Source: Phoronis australis (taxonomy: Eukaryota; Animalia; Phoronida). Taken from it: a stretch of DNA of 64,000 nucleotides. Position numbers and translations under genes: made by a program. Location of the stretch: the NCBI GenBank assembly GCA_002633005.1, contig NMRA01000009.1, forward strand, positions 324,518-388,517, in the 5' to 3' direction. Of this stretch, positions 24,283-36,600 are shown piece by piece (within the stretch, counting starts at the first letter, position 1; each line of letters starts with the position of its first letter). The notes beneath the pieces were generated by a model. That model saw only the letters and a list, made by a program, of their open reading frames with translations. It did not search any database and was not told the DNA's origin.

Positions 24283-27200
24283 AAGATGGTGATGTGGCAG
24301 ACCACATTCAATTGAAAAGTTGTTTGAACATATGTAAATAGAGTGTGATGTGTACATAGACAATTGCTTGTACATTGTAACTGTAGGTCAGAAGTAGGCA
24401 ATCACAGCTTTGAAAATATGGTAGTCTTGTGCAGGGTTTTGGGAACTTTTTTCTAAATTTTCACACTGTAGTCTTGTCCATGACCCTTGCTTACGTTAGG
24501 AAGCACCCTTTTAGGTGAAGCTTCATAGATTCACAGGGAAAATCATAGAAACAAGTGTAGACACTAGTAATTCACATTTTGTTTACATTATATTTACTAC
24601 TTTGTTTTGTCATAACAGAGTAAACTATTAATCATGTGGAGGTGATCGTTTCCTTATTACTGAATTTTGGACCAAACAGAACTAAGTCATTGCAGCCATG
24701 TGACTAATCTATCACTTTTCCATCTTAAAGGCGTATTTTGCTCTATGTTGCTTGCTAAACATTTCCATGTAGCTTAAATGTCTTGTGTTACGCCTGTCAG
24801 TGACACCACTGATTGTTGGTTGTATTCACAATATGGTTTTCAACATTTTGTGCAGATGCTGCACCAAAGTGGCCTTCCTTACTTCCATGATGAAAGAAGC
24901 AAGACAAGCAATGCTAATGCCATTCTGCAATGTTTTGGCCTCTACACAAATTGTTGTTGACTGGTGAATATGAATTTGCTAACAAACTAGAATAGTTTTT
25001 GTTTTTCAATTCCTAGATACTGGACTGGCTTTAGAGTGTTTTTTTTTTTGATTTTTGTGTTAAAGCGTCTTGTCTTTTGTTCTTGTCCGGTAAAGTAACT
25101 TATTTTATGAAGAAAGACTTTCCAAAATTATATATGTATATTAGTACATGATCTTACACAAGCTGGCTACAGTCAGGGTGGTGTCTGCTCTCTTCATTGA
25201 CCAACATGTAGTGACATCATGAGATGGAACGGTATCCAGATAAAGACAGTTCAGTGAGTGCATTGAGTCAGATCTCAACAGTGTGTTTGGGCCCATTCTT
25301 TGTGTCGCTCAGCTTGTTCAACATGTTGATCATAAGTTTCATTGCAATTTTGTATCTGGGTGGAATGCACATGTCTACATAAAGAGATTCAGTTGAGCCA
25401 CTCTGTATTTTGTGTGATGGGTGAATATCTATGTGCAATATTGAAGCAATCATCTGGATACTGTTGCCAGTTTTTTGACCAAATGTGGTTGTCACATGCT
25501 TGAAGAATTAGTGTTTACATTCCAAGTATTTGTTTATGAAAAATATTAAAAAACATTGCAGAAATTTCCCTGTATGTTATTTTGTAACTTGTTAAAAGTG
25601 TGAATTAATATATTTTAAGCATGGCTTTCAAAAGGTCACATTCAATTTATTGCTACACAAACTTATTTAAAATATTTACCGCAAGTTATATATCTTTGCT
25701 GTGAGAGTGTCTTGTTTGTATTGTTTGTTGCAATACTTAACGCATGGTCTCTGGATTTGGTAGAAACACATGACTTTAGTTTTATGCCAATCTTTCACAT
25801 CTTCAAGTGAAATTATTTTTTGTGTGTCAAGCCTCTTAGTCTTGGAGTGCTTTCAACTGCTAGTTATGAATAATGTGTTTCTGTCTTTCTGATGTTCTGT
25901 CTGAACTCACACAGTCTGCTCAGTGTGGTTGTTGTCTACAACTTTATGTAAGACTTTTTTCAAAATGTCCTTTTCTTCACCTGTCTACACTCCTAGATTA
26001 GCCATATATGGAAAGTAAGGTATGTAGGGCTTAACATTCACTAAAAGTAGGATTAATTAAAACACACAGGTCTTAATATAACTAAGTGTAAGTCCCTTTA
26101 GGCATCGCTTTAGTTGAAATGAAGTTGAGCAAAGTAGGGGCATTATGTGCGAGGCTTTTATTTAATAACATGTTTTTATGATATATAATCAAGTTCAGTT
26201 ATAGCAGTGTCCACAGTCTATATGAGCTGTTTGCAATAGTCCTCCACATAGACTGTGGTTTACTTATTCCTCCCCATCCCAGTTGTTATCAAGTAATTAT
26301 GACTGTACTCTTCATAGAACATGCTAATTGTTGCAAGTATGTTCATGTAACCTCCTCTCTGTATTGTGACAAATTTGCACAGAAACGCAAATTTAATTAT
26401 TAAAACGACTGTATCTTTATGTATAGTGCTTCGTCAAAGTTTTTCATTTACTAAATATTAACAATGTAGGTATTGAATAAGTGCTGGTTTCTTAGTTGGT
26501 AAAAACCGACTTATCCAGCTGGGGCAGAACATCAAACTTTTGGTCACTAGAAAATGGTAGCCCATGAATAAGGCACCGACTGAACATTAATTTACTAGGC
26601 TGACTAAGGAGTAGATTACGAGGCGACTGAAATGAGCAGTGGGTGGTAATGTACATGCTCATTGTATTCATATTAAACAATGGAATAACTATTGGTGCTA
26701 TGTGTTCACTTTAGTGTTGTGAGGGTTAGGCAATCACAACACTGTGTTGCTAAGTATGCTTCTGAAAACTGTCTACACTTGTAGAGCATTGTTTAAAGGG
26801 CTGTTGTATTCCTGCTTAACATGATAAACTATGAAATGGGCAGATTATCTCAAATAAAGAGGTATCGAAACTTTCCTTTCTGTTCAACAGGTTTTTAAGC
26901 ACAAGTAATAGGAAGTGGCAAAGTTGTGGCCAACCACATTAAATTTGATTGATTTTGTCTCCATTTTACATGCTTTATATGATTTGTTGAAGTTGTAATC
27001 CTTCTAACATGAATGGAAAGGTAGCAGACATTTAACTGTTGGAGTTGGAAGCCTTCTATCTTGATATGGAAAGGTAGCAGACATTTAACTGTTGAGTAGC
27101 CTGGTTTACAATGTGTTATGGGTACTGAGTGAAAAGGAAATACCCCTTTAAATGTGATACAGGTGTGGACTACAGTGTACAAGACCAGCCAGTTAACTTA

Positions 27201-27449
27201 TATATTCACAACTGGCCTTGTGTGATACCAACAACAGCATGTGTATTGAGACTTTTATATAAACACAATTGTTAATGTGTACATTTCAATAGTTTGTTTT
27301 GTTCAGAGTGTGTTAATGCTTGCAATATCAGTGAATTTCACATTTGTACATAATTTGTACGCATAAGCTTTCAACAATGTAGAAATATATGCTTAAATTT
27401 AGTGCTGTTGTTCCTCAAATCATTCCAGAATTCTTTAAGTGTAAACAAT

Positions 27450-27455
27450 TTTATT
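27450..27455 (-). terminator. Candidate LYRM1 polyadenylation signal AATAAA
   Basis: tttatt on + strand about 1 kb past the stop codon. Confidence 0.4.
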
Positions 27456-27816
27456 GGTAACATCACAGGTAAACAAAATTTACATCCAGAAGGAATTCCA
27501 AATGACAATCTATCCATTACAGTAGCAATTTAATCAATTTAATATACCTGATTACTCAGAAACAATTTTCAAGTCGGTGACAAATCTCGCAGATGTCACA
27601 GAATTTCTAAGATAAAGTTATCAAAGCGCTCGTTGATATAAGGTGCTTCCAAATTTTAGAAAAGTTGTAAAGTCACAGACAGAGCCATCTTATATTTAAA
27701 AGTAAAGTTACTATCAGAAAGACATTCTACAATTCTTTTACTCCATAGCATTCCTAGAGTTGCATTATAGGGTGGAGCCAGTTGTTTCAATGTCGACATT
27801 TACTACTCCACTTTAA

Positions 27817-28136
27817 GAGGGGATATTTCCTTACTATAATGGACACATTGAACTGCTTAATATGAAAATAAGGTAAGAAAACATACAAGAGCACTTGAGG
27901 GATATTTCCTTACTATAATGGACACATTGAACTGCTTAATATGAAAATAAGGTAAGAAAACACACAAGAGCACTTGAGGGATATTTCCTTACTATAATGG
28001 ACACATTGAACTGCTTAATATGAAAATAAGGTAAGAAAACATACAAGAGCACTTGAGGGATATTTCCTTACTATAATGGACACATTGAACTGCTTAATAT
28101 GAAAATAAGGTAAGAAAACATACAAGAGCACTTGAG
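27817..28136. repeat. Tandem repeat, 79-bp unit x4, in probable LYRM1 3' UTR
   Basis: ggatatttcc...cacttgag at 27821, 27900, 27979, 28058. Confidence 0.95.
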
Positions 28137-28456
28137 TCAATCATGACACCCAATGTTTACATTGTGTGACTTGTGCAAGACAGCACATGTTCATATTAAT
28201 TACGAACAACAATGAAAAGGTTTGAAATATGGAAAGTTTAAACCTTTCAGAATAAGTAAAAGAAGCCAAATTAACCAAAAATGCCTTCAAAAGTGTAACA
28301 CTGTCCTTAAAGAGCAAAGTATGGTCGATTTTGATTAGAGATCACCTTTTTCTGAGCTTTGAACATCCTTGAAATATATAACCAGCACTAACTCTCTCTA
28401 AGAGTTCAGAACATTTTCTCAACAATAAATGCAGTATCAAAAAATGTTTAACTATG

Positions 28457-31400
28457 TCAGCTGGTCTTCTCTGACTCATCCTCTAGGGATTTCATGTAGA
28501 TAGGTTTGGAGTATTTTATTGCCCGGCTCTGAGCCTTGAGTCTTTTGTGTCCAACAGGGGGCAGGACTGTTTGGGGTATATTGACCTGAAAGGCAAACCA
28601 TATTCAGTTAGACAATGGTAGTTCCAACACATAGATCTTTTTGAAAGGTTTCACAAAGATATTCAAAATACAATAAGATAAGTATAGAAGTTGACTAGAT
28701 CCCCCTTCAACTCATAACACTGTTTGAAACACATCCAAGCTCTTCTCAACAAGGTTCGAAATAACATCAAATGTGTACGCTCCATGTGGACACCAAAGTC
28801 ATATGACTAAATTCAGTTTCCGTCTGTATATGAATTTGATTTCATTTCTTAGAATACTCCATGCCTGTAGGTGGCCAGTAGCCAGCACGCAGGTATCACT
28901 TAATTTTCCTCGGGAAATTTTTTTACAGCGGCGTTTCTGATTGGCTACTCGAATTCTCAACAGGCAGCGCTTCACGCAAACAAACTGGCATGACTGATGG
29001 ACTGAAGTTTAAAATGTGGTCTGTTGTGCAAACAAATCGGTGCTTAAAATTTATGATCAGGAAATATGAATCCTAGAAATAGTGACTGCGCCTTTTCGGA
29101 TTGCATCTTTCTACTGTCTATGACTTTGTTTACGATACTGTCCTGTATTCATACAGTATGAATAACACACCGGTTAAATTGGCCAGATATGTGTTTATTG
29201 TACATGTACGTGCTTCAAGCACACAGCTATTAAACATCACTGCAGAAACGAAATATTTGCTACGACGCCACTTGCATGACAAGGCTAAAAATCTGCCATT
29301 TTTTCACTGTGTTGTAAAGCTAACCAATGACTGCCGAGGTTACATCAACCAATGCTAAAGCGCGTGCCACAAAGTGATACCTGCGTACTGGCTAGGCATG
29401 CTAGGGAACCAGCGAGCCATGAAAACAGACATGGAAGGGATGAAACAACTAAAGCCTGATTTACTCTTCAGATCCAGTTAAATCTGAGCAACAAGATGGA
29501 TTTACAACATGTGATATGCAAATCACTCCATTGATAAATTGACACCCTAAGTCGGGGTCTAAACTTTGAACTCGAAATCCAATTCAAATTTTTTTTTTTT
29601 CACTTTCTGTGTATGCAGGTATTGTTTGTAATGGGGCTCTTGATACTCAGCAGGTGGCGCTAATAAATAAAGGTCCTTTATTGACAATGCAATAAATTGA
29701 GACATCAGAATGTGATAAGGGACCCCTGAATGCAGACATTTCTCATGGTGGCGTTCATGTGATAAAGGACCCCTGAATGCAGACATTTCTAATGGTGGCG
29801 TTCATGTGATAAAGGACCCCTGAATGCAGACATTTCTAATGGTGGCGTTCATGTGATAAAGGACCCCTGAATGCAGACATTTCTAATGGAGGCGTTCATG
29901 TGATAAAGGACCCCTGAATGCAGACATTTCTATGGGGAGGTCCCTTGCTCCAATTACGCACCTAGTGAATTTTGAGTTTTCGATTGTTTGAATTTACTGA
30001 AGTTTCTCTCAGTGATGTCACATGCTTGAAAGTAAGACAATAAAACCTAACCGTCTTTGACAATTTATGACATTGAGAGGTCATAGTGGTGCCCTACATG
30101 TGTTTCTGTAGCAACCAAATTTATAAGCGTTACTGTTCAAGATAGGCTTATAAGTACATGTGCACTCAACATCTAATGCATGTACGTTTCAAAAGATCAC
30201 TCTGAAGTGAAAATAGTTCTTTGAAAACACGTTAAACTTGAGTCAAAAGTACACACTATGATTGAGTAAAATACCTACCAGCCTGGGATATGGAATTTTG
30301 TAGTGATAGGCTGGAAGAGAAAGAGGCAGAATGGCATCTTTTATGTAATAAAAGTAAAAATTGTGACGATAAACCTCGTTTGGCATGCAAACTGAGATCA
30401 TCAAAATGTCACAAGATGAACGAATTACTGCGACTGAAATTCTAGTACACCCCTGTTATTTTTAGTCAAAAAGAAAAAAATTCAAAATCAAGAAAACAGT
30501 CCTGATGTAATACTTTGAAAAATGCTTTGGTTGAACTTAATTATGAAGGAATTATGATGTGACATCAATATAATGTCAATGTGTCACCATAATGCACTCA
30601 CTAGTAGCGATATCTAGTGTTAAGGCAATGAACTAGTCTGTTCTCATTTGATCTACAATCATATTGCTTTCAGATCATGAAGTGAACACCAGTCCATTAC
30701 AGTCGATTGACCAAGCAGTCTTCAGTACTTCTCAAGCCAAGGTATGTTCTCAGTAATGCTGAGTACTAGAGAGTACTTAAATGCAATGAGAAATCTTCAC
30801 TTAGACAACCAAAAAGTGAGTTTACAGTACAGTTTTCTTCCTTATTCCGTCTTTGTCATCCAATCACTTTCAGAGACAGCCAATGTTTACTGATAAGACC
30901 ACAGCCTTACTCACACAACACTAACTGGACGGGGAGTTAAACTAACACAGTCTTGAGATACAAGCCAGACTGAATGCATTACCTAATGTCATTCTAATAT
31001 TTGTAAGGTTCAAGTTGATGTCAACTGATAAGTGGTGACATTAATAAATTGTTTTTAATATCAAAAAAACAATAGAGGCAGGCAGACTGGTACTTTAAGC
31101 AAGTTTTTGTCATACCTAGCTCGATCCTGGTTTCTGCTTCTTTCAAACGATCATTCACAGCACTCTCTTCAGACAACTGAAAGACATAAAAAATTAACAC
31201 CTTGTCACTGTTAACTACCAGAAGTAATAAGCAGGAAAGAGAATACACTGCAGTCACAGTATCCCAGTTGAGTACATACATTAATAGACTACATGTAGGA
31301 GCAAAGCAAGATTGTTTCGCAGGAATACCTCAGCACCAGTGTTACTTGTGTAGATGGATGACCAAGACAATATAAATTGAATATGTGACAGAACAATTGT

Positions 31401-31860
31401 GGAATTAAACACACTTAGTAGAAACAAGCAGACTTAGCAAACAGAACGTTGAAAAAGCTTAAAGTCTACCAAAATATCTTAGATATATATTTGGAATAAT
31501 TCCAATGTTTGGCTAAATGCTCATCCTAAAATTTTCAGAAATTTCATTTTTAAGCATTTGCAACTATGTTTAATGCCTGCATCTGGATTCATAGCTTCTT
31601 TTTGGTATTGACCTCAACAGGTAGTGACACAAAACTGGATAGTTCAGTTTATACAACAACACCCCTGAAATGTATAGGAACATACAATGAGAGCCTGAAT
31701 ATAATATACTCACTTCCTTGTTTTTGCGAAACAAGGCCCTTGCTTCATCACGTATGTACTTCCGTTCATGCTGGGTGTCACCTGGTACTTCGGCCTGCCA
31801 TGTCCGGGCCAATCTCAGAATCTTGCGGTACGTAGACAAAACCTCTTTACGTAAAGCCAT
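28457..31860 (-). CDS. LYRM1: LYR motif-containing protein 1; complement(join(28457..28585,30279..30310,31116..31176,31714..31860)); 122 aa
   Basis: MALRKEVLSTYRKILRLARTWQAE...RALFRKNKE | LSEESAVNDRLKEAETRIEL | AYHYKIPYPRL | VNIPQTVLPP...SKPIYMKSLEDESEKTS*. Variant LYR motif (TYRK), HYKIPYPR and SKPxY motifs typical of LYRM1; GT-AG with consistent phases. Confidence 0.93.
28879..29394. mobile_element. MITE with TAG...CTA termini (Academ-like), LYRM1 last intron
   Basis: TIR tagccagcacgcaggtatcactt / aagtgatacctgcgtactggcta (22/23); no clear TSD. Confidence 0.75.
29710..29935. repeat. Minisatellite, 47-bp unit x~4.8
   Basis: tgtgataaaggacccctgaatgcagacatttctaatggtggcgttca repeated. Confidence 0.95.
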
Positions 31861-32458
31861 ACAAAACTGGAAAACGAAATAAGAAAAACAAATGAGTGAA
31901 AATGAGGGGAAACCAGAACAATTCCATGAACTGGAACAAAACACACAAGCCGCCTTCTTTTCACATCCTGTCTGGCAAGTAGTTAGAACACCAATTATGA
32001 ATCGGGTGTGATGGAGTCAGGCAGTGTTCCATAGACCAGACACTCTCAGAATATGCTAGTGTAATCGCAGATCATACAACAGAATCCCAGCAAAGACAAC
32101 AATATTCCATCTGCTAATCCCAGCTTTTCTTGAGAGTATCGGGAATTCTGGTAAATACATTTTACTGCTTAGCAGTATAAAAGAAAATATTTCGGCATAG
32201 AAAAGCCTTTCAACAATTTTCTGTATAATGTTTGGTGTTGTATCTTTAGCAATTGTTCAGTCAATTGGAAAATTCAAGCTCTATCAACACAACAAACAAC
32301 CATAGTCAGCAGACGAACATACCCATAAAACAGGCAAACTTGTCACGCACCACCAGTGAATAAGGACGCAGTTAGTGTGCAAGTTCACAGATCTCATGCA
32401 TTGTCACAGACAACTTATCATCGTCTCAAATGGCCCCCAGTAGAGACAGTGGTCATCC

Positions 32459-32994
32459 CATAGCCCCCCCCATAGGCTGGAAGTTTTTCGGTGAATTATA
32501 CCACAGACTGATTAAACCATCGAAGTTATGTTGCTACAAGTACCTTTTGCACTTAGAGGGACACCTGCCGTTGATGTCTTTAACTCTTCCCAGTTCGGAC
32601 AAATACTCCCGCAATCAAAATTTTCTCCAACAGTCCTTTGTTTAGTTCCCCAAATTGACAACTGAACATTGCTCCATTGTTTGCGCCAGGGGCATGACGT
32701 CCCATCCCTTGGCATGACCAGTGTAAAATGACCAGTTGCCAATTTGGGAACTAAACCAAGGACTTATCGAAAAAAGTTTGATTGCGAAAGTATTTGTTCG
32801 AGATGAGAAGAGTTAAACTAAATTACAGACATCAACGATCAACGTCCTGCTAAGGTGTCCTGACAGTATGCGCAAAAGGTACTTACATCAACATGACTTT
32901 AATGGTTTAATCAAGGTGAGCTATAATCAAAGTGAGCTATAATCAAGGTGAGCTATAATTTGCCAAAAAGCCTCCGGTGTATGGAGGGCATATG
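32459..32994. mobile_element. Foldback element with ~200-250 bp imperfect inverted arms
   Basis: Left arm attaaaccat...gtaccttttgc...tttagttccccaaattg mirrors right arm caatttgggaactaaa...gcaaaaggtac...atggtttaat; related single arm at 34280-34502. Confidence 0.75.
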
Positions 32995-33474
32995 GCACCT
33001 TTAATCAGCCCCTCCACAATACAGTGGCTGATTAGGTGCCTGAGGCTGAATCCCAATCGGTTCATTCACATCAGTTCATGAGACACTCATACCTTCCACT
33101 CCTACATACCTCCAGATCACCAAACTCCCACTCTCATACCTTTGAGAGATCATACATCTGCACTGCATACTATGCAAACTCTTTCCATCTACCATTTTAC
33201 TCTGGAATAGACTCCCATAATTCGCCATCTCATCAGAAACAATAGAAATATTCACAAGTCACATCCTGAACATCAATCTTACACAGTAATCATTAAGACC
33301 TGTTTTATCTTGGCACTAACCAGCACTTTGTTTTATCGTTATTTTTCACGGTTACGTACACCTCAGTTTTATACTAACATGCGCCAAAAAGTAAGAATCG
33401 ATACCACGATCGTTTGTTGTATATAGGAAGAACAGTTTTATCTTTGCTATTTGGAATTTGTATAGTCCGGTTAC

Positions 33475-33520
33475 CTATTGTCGTCAGGCTCCAAAGGTCG
33501 TCCGCCATCTTGTTTCGCGT
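33475..33520 (-). other. LYRM1: Probable first (5' UTR) exon of LYRM1
   Basis: Minus strand reads caagatggcgg (YY1/TISU-like)...acaatag|gtaacc donor at 33474; LYRM1 ATG exon has an acceptor ttttccag 6 nt upstream of the ATG (exon starts 31866). Confidence 0.55.
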
Positions 33521-33630
33521 GCAGCGCAACCACGCGGGACTTAGCGTTCCAATTTGGAGTGCTCGTCTGCACGTTAGGTACTAACTTATCGGAAGAGACA
33601 CGTATCAAAGTAATGAGACAAAAATCGGTG
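33480..33630. promoter_or_regulatory. Candidate bidirectional promoter LYRM1/TAB1
   Basis: Locally CpG-rich patch between divergent short exons; ccgccatcttg YY1-type motif at 33502-33512. Confidence 0.55.
33613..33627 (+). CDS. TAB1: Tentative TAB1 first coding exon (MRQKS)
   Basis: ATG AGA CAA AAA TCG then gtgagt donor, phase 0; gives MRQKS|EPSQSWTDD. An assembly gap lies downstream. Confidence 0.5.
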
Positions 33631-36600
33631 AGTTTACCGATTGTTTTTTAAAACCACTTAAAAATCAGTAGATTTTACTAATACACTTTTTTGGGCGTTT
33701 TCAGAAGATGTTTTCGAATTTAAATTTTCTTCCGACGGGACACAAAACATGATCCAGGGTTTGTTTATGCAATGTATCTGTTTTTCCCAGGCACTAGTAG
33801 GATCTAGAAGGCCAAAGGAAAAATCCGCAGACAAATGCGATACGCTGGGTTCTTNNNNNNNNNNNNNNNNNNNNNNNNNNNNNNNNNNNNNNNNNNNNNN
33901 NNNNNNNNNNNNNNNNNNNNNNNNNNNNNNNNNNNNNNNNNNNNNNNNNNNNNNNNNNNNNNNNNNNNNNNNNNNNNNNNNNNNNNNNNNNNNNNNNNNN
34001 NNNNNNNNNNNNNNNNNNNNNNNNNNNNNNNNNNNNNNNNNNNNNNNNNNNNNNNNNNNNNNNNNNNNNNNNNNNNNNNNNNNNNNNNNNNNNNNNNNNN
34101 NNNNNNNNNNNNNNNNNNNNNNNNNNNNGCCAATTAAAGACAAGTATAAGTGGTGGCATTTTGGAAACGAACATTTGACTGACAAGACCGCAATGGCTCA
34201 CCTTTGGCCTATTTAAAGATTGAGGTCATGAAGTCACATCACCTAGCGAGCGCGGTAAAAATTGGAGCGTGCGCAGTATAAAAATGGTGAGTTCACGAGT
34301 TTGGGAACTGAAATAGGGACTGCTCGAAGAAAAAGTTTGATAATGGGAGTATTTGTTCGAGTTGGAAGGAATTAAACACATCGACAACCTTCTCAGGTGT
34401 TCCTGTACGCGCAAAAGGTATTTATAACAGCGTGACTTTGATGGTTTAGTCGGTGCGAGGCATAATTTGCCAAAAAGCTTCCGGCGTACAGAGCGCCTAT
34501 AGCCTCTGCATCGCCTCTGGTTCGGGCCAACAGAGGCAATGGTCATTGCCTAGAGTACTGTCTGAGTACAGAAGCTAGCCTACTTAGACTTAGTATACCA
34601 CACCCACAGGCACCTTTAGTTAGCCCTCGACGATATACTATATAGTATATAGTTGAGGGCTGATTAAAGGTGCCTGTGGTACTAGACAGAGAGTGTAACT
34701 GTTGCTAGTGTATTGTAAGCCAATAGCAGTACACTGACTGATACATCAGGATTGGGGTAAAAGTGACAAATATGCATCCCTATTGGGACCCTATAGTATA
34801 GTCCCCACCAATTCACCTTTTTCGGTAAATATAGTTAATATCTTGGTTACCAATACTTTCTGGGCAAAGCCTATACTCTCCTTGCGATGTTATTTTTGAT
34901 TTAAAACAGCCAGTTCAGTTTACTTTGCTATTTAGAGATCTGATGATAAACCAAATTTTTTCAATGTCAGCCTGCAACTAAGTTCAGTAAAGCACCGTAA
35001 TTTCGTAAAAGATTAGCTTCTAATTGTCAAAAAAATGCTGTATCAATCAGTCGATTTTCGTAGATACATAAACATGTAAATCAAAATCCAGTAATCAATT
35101 CCATGAGCAATGCATTTACCTTGATTTAACGACTTAATTCCTTTTTGTTCTCTTGTTCATGAGTTATGACGACAAATCTTGTACCTATTTCAAAACAATC
35201 CATTTATTGCCATTTGAATTGTGAGTATATTTTTGGGAATTGTCGAATTTCATCAATGTCTGAGTTATTTTAGATAAGCAAAAATTGTCTAAGTGTACTT
35301 TACTATTTGGGGATCAGGTTATAGACTTTTTCCAACTTCGGGTTGCAACTAAATTCACTGAAACATCAATTCTTACAAGATTAGCTAATTGTCAAAAATA
35401 ATCTATGAATCTGTCGATTTTCGTGGATACATAAACATGAAAATCAGAAACCTACGAATTTGTTTATCAAAACGGAATGTTATTAGCAATTTCCGCAGGC
35501 ATGCTCTCCAAATTTTGACGGGTCGGGTAACCAGGGGAACATGGGAGATGGGGGCATTAGTATTGAGGTGTATTTTTGCTCATTTCAGACTTACCTATAA
35601 TGGTTCACAAGTTAAAGTTGAAGTCCAAAACACACTCAAATCTTTGTTTAGGATTGCGAATAATTAATTTTGATTACCCCTATTCGACATGTACACCGTC
35701 ATCACAAATCGTAGCCCGACACTCTTTTTGGCATGTGCGAATTCCTTGCAATCATCTCCTAGTAATTTCAGAAGAAATACTACTGTTGGAATACTACGGG
35801 AAAGAAGTAACATTATTTATATAACTAACCATCAGAAGTAGTCATTCTGTGCAATTCACTAATAGTGGTCTTCACGTTCTTCAAAATTCTACCTTTTTGA
35901 GTTTTTGATGGTTGTTATTCCTATTGTATTTTTTCACATTTTTGGTTGTTTGGGTCGAATGTCTTGATACTGCTGTGCTGTGCGCGAACGTTTTGTGTTT
36001 TTAATGAATTTGGAATCTCAACTTCCCCTCGTGAATACTTGGCAGTGTCACTTTTACAAGTATAGACCAAGTGACTGTTACCCCGAACTGCCCCACTGAG
36101 AGAGGGTCCCATCTGAACTTAAGATGAAAGGTTAAACATCAGTAAGCTTGGAAAAGAGTGACAGTTCATTCCATCGCCGTGTGACTCTGTAAGAATTCAC
36201 CTTCCTCAACATGAAAGCAAAAAAACAGGGAAATGAAGATAATTGATTCCAACATTGGGCCCTCTCTCTGTGAGCGCCCCTGAAAAATTTGTCTGTAATG
36301 ACATGAAAAGGGTCGTCAATGGCCCACTTCAAGCCTGGGCCCCTAAATATGAAAAAATCTATATTTTCAAAAATCAGCAAATGCGCAGCAATTGATATTA
36401 TCTGTCGGGTCATCAATTTTTCTCAAGTGATATACAATTTCTAGAAAAAAAACAAAAAACTAGAGTGACAGCTGTCTCTGTTATCCTTTGCCAGAGAGGA
36501 GGTTCTGGAAAAATATAGTTTTGCATTCGCAAAGTTGCCTTTATTGAATTTAAAATTTTTGCCATTTTTAAAAATACATGTATGAATGATTAAGTGTGTG

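Noticed and set aside
26002-26011. Perfect CArG box ccatatatgg after MRTF (another at 59323-59332) as SRF autoregulation
   Set aside because: A few CC(A/T)6GG sites are expected by chance in 64 kb of AT-rich DNA; no clustering seen
33658-34216. ORFs spanning the N run
   Set aside because: Artefacts of the assembly gap
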